Virus record (IMG/VR): IMGVR_UViG_3300004805_000007
Coordinates: 1 to 59,908 of that record
Direction: 5' to 3' (one strand)
From: a virus
Taxonomy: Duplodnaviria > Caudoviricetes
DNA length: 59,908 nt
Under the pieces are notes generated by a model. That model had not been told where the DNA came from, made no database searches, and saw only the letters and a program-made list of their open reading frames with translations. A program made the translations under genes and the position numbers. Below are positions 18,061 through 26,600 of the stretch, one piece after another. Position 1 is the stretch's first letter. Every line of letters begins with the position of its first letter.

Positions 18061-18759
18061 ATGTTAAAAACAGTAGCAATTAGCGGAAACAGCAAAACGG
18101 GCCCTATAGCGGTAACTTACCGCGCAGGCGAACACGAGACATATGGCACTTGCCCGAAGACATGCAAGCTTCACCCGAAAAGCGAAACCGGCACGGATCA
18201 AATCGACAGCGAATATATGCAGGCGGTTTATGACGCTGTACCCCGTGGCGGCTTGGCGTGGGCTTACAGTCACTTTCAGGCGGAAGCTTTGCCACTGCCT
18301 GCCGAAGGGAAAACGACATTCAATGCGAGCTGTGACACTATGCAGGACGCTGCGCGGGCCGTTGAGCTTGGAAGGCCTGCCGTGTATGCTGCACCATATG
18401 ACAGCGCCGAACAATGGCCTAAAAAATTCCACGGGATAAGCTTTGTTCGATGCCCTGCCGAATTGTCCGATTCGTTTACATGCCACCAGTGCGGGAATGG
18501 TTCCCCCTTATGCGCACGTGGAAACCGCGATTTTGTTGTGGTGTTTGTCGGCCATGGCACGGGTAAAAAGAAAGTAGGCACCGATGCCGAAGGCGGCTGC
18601 TACGCTGCATCGGGACCGACAGCGATTCAGTGGCACGCTACTAAAAAGAAGGGCGCGGCCAATGATGCGCAGGCAGTGCGGGATTTTGCGCAGCGCTTGC
18701 CGCACCGCTCAATGTTGCGCCACCATATCGCAGGCGATATCGGGAGGGCTACTGCATGA
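18061..18759 (+). CDS. Cys-rich conserved phage protein (possibly Fe-S/radical-SAM-derived)
   Basis: NSKTGP, TCPKTC, CPA..TCHQC..LC, GCYA..GP and RHHIAGD motifs. Confidence 0.7.
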   Translation: MLKTVAISGNSKTGPIAVTYRAGEHETYGTCPKTCKLHPKSETGTDQIDSEYMQAVYDAVPRGGLAWAYSHFQAEALPLPAEGKTTFNASCDTMQDAARAVELGRPAVYAAPYDSAEQWPKKFHGISFVRCPAELSDSFTCHQCGNGSPLCARGNRDFVVVFVGHGTGKKKVGTDAEGGCYAASGPTAIQWHATKKKGAANDAQAVRDFAQRLPHRSMLRHHIAGDIGRATA

Positions 18760-18824
18760 TCATGGCATTCGTGGCCCTTGGGGTCATCATAGCCCTAGGC
18801 TGGCTACTTGATAAATTCGATTGA
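18756..18824 (+). CDS. 22-aa hydrophobic peptide
   Basis: MIMAFVALGVIIALGWLLDKFD; ATGA overlap; GGGAGG upstream. Confidence 0.4.
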   Translation: MIMAFVALGVIIALGWLLDKFD

Positions 18825-18917
18825 AAAATTCAATCGGCAGGCAGTGAATATTCCCCTTATAATTCAGTACCGGCACAAATTAACCGGTACTTTTTAAACT
18901 CTACAGAAAGAATAGTT
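18819..18917 (+). promoter_or_regulatory. Expression cassette 3
   Basis: GATTG-N7-CAATC, N22, TATAAT, AGTACCGG/CCGGTACT, AGAAAGAATAG. Confidence 0.75.
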
Positions 18918-19898
18918 ATGGCACATATGATCGACACCACTACCGGCACAGCCGCAATTGCTTACGCTGGTAAAACCCCATGGCACGGCCTAGGGCAGGC
19001 ACTAACCCCCGATGCTTCAATCGATACGTGGACACGCGAAGCCGGTTTGGCCTATGACGTGCTGGAATCTCCCGTATTGTTCCGCACTGCTGCGGCCACC
19101 GAGCCGGAAGCTTTCAAGGGCCGCAAAGTATTGCACCGCAGCGATACCGGCGCGCCCTTGGCCGTAGTGTCTGACGGATACCACGTAGTCCAGCCCGCGC
19201 AAATAATGGGGTTCTTTTCTGACTTAGTAGCGCTAGGCGGTTTTCAATTGGAAACAGCCGGAGCCCTTAGCTTTGGCCGTAGGGTTTGGGCGCTGGCATC
19301 CGTGGGTGACGCTGCACCGGTTATTGACGGCGATATGGTCAAGCCCTACCTATTGCTGGGCACGTCATATGATGGAACAATGGCCACAGTGGCCAAATTC
19401 ACCGCTATTCGCGTGGTTTGCAATAACACAATCACAGCAGCAGTAGGCGGCGAAGCCGACACCGAAAAGGGCTATTTGAAAAGTGCAATTCGCGTGCTGC
19501 ATAGTGAGCGCTTCGACGCTGACGCTGTCCGCTTGCAATTGGGAATCGTGGCGAATCAATTCGAGCGCTTTTTAGTGCAAAGCCGCCAATTGGCAGGCGT
19601 GCCAATGACCACCACCGAAGCCGATGCATTTGTGGCCGAATTGCTCAAGCCTTACCACCAAGGGAAAACCGCTGTCACCGATAGCCGCGCATACAAGCGA
19701 ATTATTCAATTATTCGAAGGCGCGGCCATTGGTTCGGATATCGACGGGGTTACCGGCACGCGCTGGGGAATGCTTAACGCTGTCACCGAATTGGTGGACC
19801 ATGAGCGCGGACGCAGCGACAATACCCGCCTTGAATCGGCATGGTTTGGCACCGGCAGCGCCCTAAAAAATCGAGCCGTGGAATTGCTGGCCGCTTAA
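18918..19898 (+). CDS. DUF932-family phage/plasmid protein
   Basis: MAH...TPWHGLG, RSDT..PL.VVS..Y.VVQ, ETAG.L..GRRVW.LA, RVVCNNT, GTRWG.LNAVTE.VDH and SAWFG motifs. Confidence 0.88.
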   Translation: MAHMIDTTTGTAAIAYAGKTPWHGLGQALTPDASIDTWTREAGLAYDVLESPVLFRTAAATEPEAFKGRKVLHRSDTGAPLAVVSDGYHVVQPAQIMGFFSDLVALGGFQLETAGALSFGRRVWALASVGDAAPVIDGDMVKPYLLLGTSYDGTMATVAKFTAIRVVCNNTITAAVGGEADTEKGYLKSAIRVLHSERFDADAVRLQLGIVANQFERFLVQSRQLAGVPMTTTEADAFVAELLKPYHQGKTAVTDSRAYKRIIQLFEGAAIGSDIDGVTGTRWGMLNAVTELVDHERGRSDNTRLESAWFGTGSALKNRAVELLAA

Positions 19899-19909
19899 CG
19901 ATAGCGTAA

Positions 19910-19957
19910 CGCTGGCGTATTTCCCCCGTAAAAAGGGAAAATACGCTGGCGCTTTTT
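19910..19957 (+). terminator. Probable intrinsic terminator after the DUF932 gene
   Basis: CGCTGGCGTATTT.../...AAATACGCTGGCG stem followed by CTTTTT. Confidence 0.55.
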
Positions 19958-20068
19958 CGGTTGTTTTTAATATCGTAAACCTGCCCTCGAGCCGCGCACC
20001 GACAGCGAATAAAAATGCACCACGGGCCGCGCTCCGTGGTCCGTGGCACGCGCTTCGCGTGCCACGCT

Positions 20069-20125
20069 CAAAGCTTCGCGGCCCGCGCCCGAAGGGCTGG
20101 CGCAGCCAAGGGCCGCGAAGCTTTG
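20069..20125. repeat. Y-shaped palindrome 1
   Basis: 16-bp perfect stem enclosing GCCC-GAA-GGGC and TGGC-GCA-GCCA. Confidence 0.85.
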
Positions 20126-20148
20126 TTATCTATCGGTGGGGCTGGTTT

Positions 20149-20240
20149 GATTGATAAATACAATCGGGGCTGGGGCTGGTATGCCCCTATAATGTAGCTA
20201 TGCCATCGGCCGATGGCATACAACCTAGAAAGGATATTTT
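20149..20240 (+). promoter_or_regulatory. Expression cassette 4
   Basis: GATTG-N7-CAATC, N22, TATAAT, 22-bp palindrome TATGCCATCGGCCGATGGCATA, AGAAAGGATA. Confidence 0.75.
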
Positions 20241-20687
20241 ATGGGCTTAGATATGTATCTCAATGCGCGCAGCAGCGTCAATGCTTATGACGATGCCGAA
20301 CAAATGGAATTGGAAAAAGTGCCGTTTATCGCGGCCGCTGGTATGCGGGTAAGTGGGATTACTTACCGCGCTATGTACTGGCGCAAAGCAAATGCCATTC
20401 ACAAATGGTTTGTGGATAACGTGCAAGATGGCGTGGACAATTGCGATTCGTATGTTGTGGAAAAAGAGCACTTGCAGGCGCTGCGCGACACTTGCCAGCA
20501 AGTGCTGGACGATAACGCTTTGGCTGGGGAGCTGTTGCCGCCCAGTGCCGGATTCTTTTTTGGCACCACCGATATCACCGATTATTATTTTGACGATTTG
20601 CGCGACACTGTAGAGGCGCTGGATAAGGCGCTGGCATTCGCGCAGCGCGACAGGTGGTCAACATTTACTTATCAGTCCAGCTGGTAG
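20241..20687 (+). CDS. Conserved phage hypothetical protein
   Basis: MGLDMYL...YWRKANAIHKWFV...LLP...GFFFG...YQSSW pattern. Confidence 0.8.
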   Translation: MGLDMYLNARSSVNAYDDAEQMELEKVPFIAAAGMRVSGITYRAMYWRKANAIHKWFVDNVQDGVDNCDSYVVEKEHLQALRDTCQQVLDDNALAGELLPPSAGFFFGTTDITDYYFDDLRDTVEALDKALAFAQRDRWSTFTYQSSW

Positions 20688-20713
20688 CGGTATGCTATCG
20701 GGGCTCACGCCCC

Positions 20714-20807
20714 GATAGATAAAATTGTGTAGCGCAGCCGCCCTGCTGGGGTATACTTACCCCAGCCCCCAGCAGGGCTACATTATCAACTTAGAAAGGA
20801 TAGCATC
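20714..20807 (+). promoter_or_regulatory. Expression cassette 5 (degenerate right half-site)
   Basis: GATAG-N7-TGTGT, N21, TATACT, GC-rich inverted repeats, AGAAAGGATAG. Confidence 0.6.
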
Positions 20808-21269
20808 ATGAAAACCCAAGGCACTAAACTCTCCACGTACGTGAACAACATGTTCGCAACATGCGAGGACATGGAAACAGCATTGACCCAAGCCGCCAAT
20901 ATTGCAGGCGGCGCGGACAACGCAGCGGCAGTGCACACTGCCGTTCATATGGTTTTGAATACGGCCATAAAATTGCATCAGGCAGACATGGCCAAGGCTA
21001 ACGCGCCGCTGCTCGAGCTAATTGAATCGGAGATTCAAAAGTCTTTCACCGTGGTGCAGAATAGCATCGAGCACGCGCTCGATGCCTTTGATCGAAAGGT
21101 GGACGAGAAAATTGAATCGGCCATTGAAGATCTGGATATTGAGGGCCAGATTGAGAACGCGATTGATAACATAGATTTGGAGACACAAGTGCAAGATTAC
21201 ATGTCAAGTAATCCAATCGATGTACAGGATTTATTGAGCGGCGCAAACGTATCAATCACATTTGATTGA
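20808..21269 (+). CDS. Hypothetical helical protein with acidic C-terminal repeats
   Basis: IESAIEDLDIEGQIENAIDNIDLE repeats; strong SD. Confidence 0.7.
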   Translation: MKTQGTKLSTYVNNMFATCEDMETALTQAANIAGGADNAAAVHTAVHMVLNTAIKLHQADMAKANAPLLELIESEIQKSFTVVQNSIEHALDAFDRKVDEKIESAIEDLDIEGQIENAIDNIDLETQVQDYMSSNPIDVQDLLSGANVSITFD

Positions 21270-21332
21270 TGGTATAATTCACCTACCGGATCCGCCGGAT
21301 CCGGTATCAACCAACCTAGAAAGAATAGCATC
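21251..21332 (+). promoter_or_regulatory. Expression cassette 6 (everted box)
   Basis: ATCAATCA-CATT-TGATTGAT, TATAAT at 21273, TACCGGATCC-GCC-GGATCCGGTA, AGAAAGAATAG. Confidence 0.7.
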
Positions 21333-21614
21333 ATGAAGACTCGTATACTAAACCTCGGATGGGATTGCAAACTGGTAATACCTGAGAGCGTTTCTTCCAA
21401 AGACTTGCAAGCGCTTATCGGGTTTATCGGCACGCTGCGCAAGACTTCTGCGCATGGCAACTTCGCTGGCCCTGACTTCTCATACGCCAGCAACTTCGCT
21501 GGCGTACAACTTGAGGAAGTAGATCTACACTCAGAGGCGGATGCCAAGCGCTTGAGCGAAGAAAGCAAAGCAGCGTATAAGGCACGCGAAGCAATGGAAA
21601 AAGCAGCAGCGTAA
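21333..21614 (+). CDS. Hypothetical protein
   Basis: Strong SD; followed by a terminator. Confidence 0.65.
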   Translation: MKTRILNLGWDCKLVIPESVSSKDLQALIGFIGTLRKTSAHGNFAGPDFSYASNFAGVQLEEVDLHSEADAKRLSEESKAAYKAREAMEKAAA

Positions 21615-21646
21615 CCCCGAACTGGGCCCGTGGGCCCAGTTACCCT

Positions 21647-21675
21647 AAGCGGCCCAGTCGGGCCGCTTTTCTTTT
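21647..21675 (+). terminator. Intrinsic terminator
   Basis: AAGCGGCCC-AGTC-GGGCCGCTT followed by TTCTTTT; a second hairpin precedes it at 21620-21641. Confidence 0.85.
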
Positions 21676-21823
21676 GCCTGTGCGCAGCGCCCCAGTTCGT
21701 GCACCTGGCCTATTCCCAAAAAAGCCTTATAAATCAAGCACTTACGCGATGCTTGCCAAATGTAATAGAGTCGCTTTAATGATTTCCAATAACGCAATAT
21801 AAATTGGTAAGCATTACCCAATA

Positions 21824-21956
21824 GCTATGGGCGGCATGCCGCCCATAGCCTAAGCCTATCCCCCTATCGCGCACCGCGCCCCATAGCCGCAGGCTATGGG
21901 CTGTGGCCCTCCCTTGCCCGTTAGGGCCCCATGCGTGGCATGGGGGGAGGGCCACA
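21824..21956. repeat. Palindrome cluster including Y-shaped palindrome 2
   Basis: 26-bp perfect palindrome 21824-21849; CCCATAGCC-GCA-GGCTATGGG; 12-bp stem 21902-21913/21945-21956 with two ears. Confidence 0.85.
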
Positions 21957-22089
21957 AAGGTACCGTCAGCTTCAGCGCCAGCTTCGCCTCTGTTTTACAC
22001 CTGCACAACGGTATCTAGGACTTACGGAACCCACCCCCTTATTTTTAAAAAGGCAAGGGTGGGGGTATACTAAAAAAATTCAGAACTTT

Positions 22090-23571
22090 ATGAGTCTGCC
22101 CATGAGCCTCGCTCCACCGTCCGATGTAGAACACAAACGCCTCTTGCTAGAGCTGCGCCTCCAGCAAATCGATATCCGCGCTAAAGCATCCAATGAATTC
22201 CTAGAATTCTGTCGTTACGTCTGGCCGGAGATCATCATTGGTGAACACCACCGGCGTATCGCCAAGGCCCTTGATCGTGTAATCGAGGGCAAGTGCAAGC
22301 GGTTGATGGTTGCCATGCCCCCGCGCCACGGCAAGTCACAGATGGGCAGCTATCTGTTCCCCGCCTATCTGATGGGCAAGCTCCCTGCTTCTAAGCTTAT
22401 TGTTGGATCTCACACTGCCGAGTTGGCTCAGCGCTTTGGCCGGATGATCAGGAACCTTGTTGACGAGGACAAGTACAAGGAACTCTTCCCCGGCGTGGGC
22501 CTATCTGCTGACAGCAAGGCTGCTGGTCGGTGGAACACGAAGGGTGGTGGAGAAGCCTATTTCATTGGTAAGGGTGGCGCGATGACCGGGCGCGGCGGAG
22601 ACATTGTGATCTTGGACGATATCTTGGACGAGCAGGATGCTTTGTCAGAAACGGCTATGGAGAATACGTGGGAGTGGTATACCTCTGGCCCCCGTCAGCG
22701 GCTCCAGCCCAACGGCACGATCATCGTGATCAATACCCGTTGGAAGACCGATGACCTTACAGGACGCTTACTAAAGCAGCAGGGGCAGTTAAAGTCTGAT
22801 CAGTGGGAGATATTGGAATTTCCTGCCATTCTTCCTTCTGGCCGCGCTCTTTGGCCCGAGTATTGGAGCATAGATGAGCTAGAAAAGGTAAAAGTCAGCA
22901 TTGGCCTGAAGAAGTGGAACGCCCAGTGGCAGCAGCAGCCCACCAATGATGAGGGCGCTATTTTGAAGCGCGACTGGTGGCGCAAGTGGACGTATGATGA
23001 GCCCCCGGCCTGTGAGTACATTATCCAGTCGTACGATACGGCGTACTCCAAGAAGGAGACGGCGGACTACTCTGTTATCTCGACGTGGGGCGTATTCACT
23101 CCCAATGCCGACTCGGGGCCCAATCTCATCTTGCTCAACGTCAAGCGCGGGCGCTGGGATTTCCCTGAGCTTAAGCGCGTTGCGCGGGCCGAGTACCTTT
23201 ATTGGAATCCCGATAACGTCTTGATAGAGGCCAAGGCCACCGGAACGCCACTCCAGCAGGAACTCCGCAAGATAGGAATTCCTGTGACTATGTACTCCCC
23301 TGGTGGGCGGCGCACGGGCCAAGACAAGATATCCCGCGCCAATGCGGTAGCCCCTTTGTTGGAGTCGGGAATGATTTGGTATCCGCCTGATTTGGAGTGG
23401 GCACAAGAGATGGTGGAGGAGTGCGCTGCGTTTCCTAATGGCTCACATGATGATCAGGTGGATTCTGCTGTGATGGCTTGGAGCCGGTTCAGGGCTGGCA
23501 ACTTTATTGCTTTGGACTCGGACGAGAAAGATCCAGAATATGCAGACAGCGCGGTGATGGAGTACTATTGA
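22090..23571 (+). CDS. terL: Terminase large subunit
   Basis: MPPRHGKS Walker A, ILDD Walker B, TRW, nuclease domain SYDTA..ADYS and HDDQVDS; start moved downstream of the palindromes. Confidence 0.93.
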   Translation: MSLPMSLAPPSDVEHKRLLLELRLQQIDIRAKASNEFLEFCRYVWPEIIIGEHHRRIAKALDRVIEGKCKRLMVAMPPRHGKSQMGSYLFPAYLMGKLPASKLIVGSHTAELAQRFGRMIRNLVDEDKYKELFPGVGLSADSKAAGRWNTKGGGEAYFIGKGGAMTGRGGDIVILDDILDEQDALSETAMENTWEWYTSGPRQRLQPNGTIIVINTRWKTDDLTGRLLKQQGQLKSDQWEILEFPAILPSGRALWPEYWSIDELEKVKVSIGLKKWNAQWQQQPTNDEGAILKRDWWRKWTYDEPPACEYIIQSYDTAYSKKETADYSVISTWGVFTPNADSGPNLILLNVKRGRWDFPELKRVARAEYLYWNPDNVLIEAKATGTPLQQELRKIGIPVTMYSPGGRRTGQDKISRANAVAPLLESGMIWYPPDLEWAQEMVEECAAFPNGSHDDQVDSAVMAWSRFRAGNFIALDSDEKDPEYADSAVMEYY

Positions 23572-23595
23572 CTCGGCTTGACGACTCAGTAAAAT
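23568..23595 (+). promoter_or_regulatory. sigma70-like promoter
   Basis: TTGACT-N16-TAAAAT upstream of 23637. Confidence 0.5.
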
Positions 23596-23636
23596 GGTGA
23601 TAATACGCATCATTCCCGCTCCGAGGACCACGGACC

Positions 23637-26600
23637 ATGGCTAACCCATCAGATCAAGAATTCATCAACCGCATCATGGATGCGGAAAGCAGTGGCCGTA
23701 GGTATGATAAGAATGGCAAGCTGCTGCAAGGTCCAAGGACCAAGCATGGTACTGCCAAGGGTGAGATGCAGGTTATCGATAAGACCAATCTTGATCCCGG
23801 CTTTGGGGTAACCCCGGCCAAGAACAAGTCTCCTGATGAGCGGGCCCGGGTGGGCAAGGATTATGCGCAGGCGATGTTGGATCGGTATGACAAGGATCGG
23901 CAAATTGCTGCCATGGCTTACAACTGGGGTCCGGGCAACGTGGACAAGTGGGTTGCTGGGGGAAAGAAAGGCGCTATCCCCGAGGAGACAGCAAATTATG
24001 TTGTCAGGGTGACGGGCTCCCCAATACAAACAGCCAAAAAGGCAGAGCCTACTCCTTCTTTCGCTGCCGCCGCCCCCGCTCCAGCAGCCACCGCTGGCGC
24101 TCCCAAACCTCCGGCTACGCCTCCTGTGAGGAAGGCAGAGGCTGCGCCGACCGAGGATATCAAATCGAGGATCGCGGCCCTCGGACCAAACTACCATGCC
24201 GCTATGGCGCTGTCCTATCTTGCAGACAACACCGATGAGGATGATCCGACGATACAGGCGTACAGGGAGCGCAATGAAGGCGGCAGTGATTGGTTGAGTC
24301 AGGAGTCAGCCCCTGTTGCTTTGGCCAGCGTGGACCTCAAAGCAAGCAGCCCGTTCCAAGAACCGGTGACCGCTGCCCGGGGTGGGTTGATCCATCGTGC
24401 GGGTGGATCGCCTGAGGAGGGAGAAGAAATTGCCAGTGATAGCGATACCATGGCAAGCAACACTGATCCTGAGACAGGTCGGGTTGTTACCACAAAGTAT
24501 GGTGAACAAACCCCGGTCTATTCTTTCCAAGGAAAAGATTACCCCGCTGCGCAAGGTGCTAATCTACCACCGTCACGTTCTAAGCAGGCTCTTGAGGCTT
24601 ATGTACAAGCAATGGTTCCTGATGCAAATGTACGGGAAAAATACCCTCTCAGTGATTCGGTCAGAGGATTTATAAGTCGGAAAGATCCCAGCACAATTAA
24701 TTTAAGTCCTATCCTTTCCCCCGGCTCACGCGAAGAAACTATGCTGCATGAAGCCGAGCATTCAATGGATGCCCGGGGTGGGGATTTGCTTGGTCGGCCA
24801 AATATTAAAGGCATGGACAACAACTACCGGGCGTATTACCTGATGGGAAGCCGGTGGGCCCCTATCAACATGACGGTTAAGAACATTGTGGACAACAAGG
24901 ATGAACTGGAACAGTTCTTTGGCCGTCCGTTAGACAACTCGTATTTCAGAAAAGAAACGTATACCAATGTTGCCAAGGATGGCGATCCGTCTGCTTTGTT
25001 TTCTGAACAGTTGGCAACTTTGTCGGCTTTGGAGCGGCAAACGGGAAAGTTTTTGACGCACGACCCTAAGATGCGTGAACTGATTTTCCCGTCAAACCCT
25101 TTGTACAACAACACCAGCATGATGGCGGTGTACGATGCGCTGACCGGGCCGCGCCAGACTCGCATGGATGCGCGGGACATGCCTCCCCATACCCCTGTTC
25201 CTTCTTACTTGTATGAAGAGCCGGGATCCATGACCCGTTTCTTTCGCAAGCACACAACTGGCCCAAATGAATACGGTATTCCCATCAAACGCGCCGATGG
25301 CTCCCCCGAGGAAGGGGAAGGTTCTCCTGAGTATTCTTTTATGGGGGTTCCTCGCACGGACAATGAGCATAAGCTTTACCCTAAAACCGAGCGCATGAAC
25401 CCTGTTGTCAAGGCGGTAAAGTCGGGAGTGGACACTTTCAACCGTTTTATTGATAGCGGACCATCAGTAGGTAACGTGGTAGGTGACGTAGTGGGGGCCA
25501 TACCTTTTGTTGGCCCAGACCTACGTAAAAGCATGGAAGAGTCCACCGTTACTTTGCCTACGAGGTATACACGTTCTCCCACAAATCCAAACGTGGCAGT
25601 AGGTGTTGAAACTTCTAAGGTTCCTGTAACTGACGCATTAAACAGCGTAAAGATGTCCGACCTTGTTGGCGGAACGGGAGTGAGCAATGTTCTGGGCAGT
25701 GTTGGCAAAGGGTATGCGCCTTCCCCGCTGGATGTTTTGGACACCGTAGGTGCTGGCGCTGTCGGCTACAAAGCGGCCAAGGCGGGTGTAAAAACTGCCA
25801 AAAAAGCTTCTGACATGTTGAAAGAATTAAAAACTCCAGCGCAAGTGGCCGCTAACATTGAGCCTGCACTGGATGCAGCAACTCCCGCCGCCGCATCCCT
25901 TTCTGCTATGGCTACCCAAAGGGGAGCTACGCCCACCCCATTTTTTAGCCCTTTGGATGCATACGCTCAAACGCTAACAGGCCCCGTTACCCCGGCTGAG
26001 TTTATTAAGCAAGTACAGAACAAGGGTTTCCGTGCATACGAGGTAGAGCGGGCAAAAGAAGCCATGCAAAAACTAGGCACGGGCCAAGTTTCTCGTTCCC
26101 AGATTTTGGATTCATTAGACGAAACTTACCATCCTGAAAACTTTATCACCAAAGTTGCAGAACCGGGAACCGTTGGATACACCCACCCCGAGGTAGATAA
26201 CGTGTTCAACGGAAGATACCCTTCTGATCCAGCGCTTTCGTGGACTATGGTCAATGGGAGAGGCAAAAGCCCTCCACAAGGCGTAATAAGCTTGCATCTT
26301 CCAGTTACGGATCAAATGCGGGAAGCTAGGCAAGTACAAATTGCTTTAGAAAACTTAAGAAGTTATAAATTGAGTTTAATCAACCCCAGTGTTACATCTA
26401 ACTCCGTAATGACATCAGCGGAAAAAGCAGCCAGTTTGATAGCGGATGTCCATGGGCAACGCAGTGAAGAAGCCCTTGATGCCATGGAATCTGTAGATCT
26501 TATACGCCGGAAACAAGAACAAATTGTTCCTTACTTAGAGCAAATTCCTGAATACTTAAAATTACAACAAGAATTTAAATATCCCATGGCAAAAGCAGAT

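Noticed and set aside
20015-20197. 60-aa ORF
   Set aside because: Runs through GC palindromes and a promoter, has no SD, and is probably open by chance
21931-22089. N-terminal 53 aa of TerL in the ORF track
   Set aside because: Starts inside a palindrome without an SD; downstream ATGs fit better
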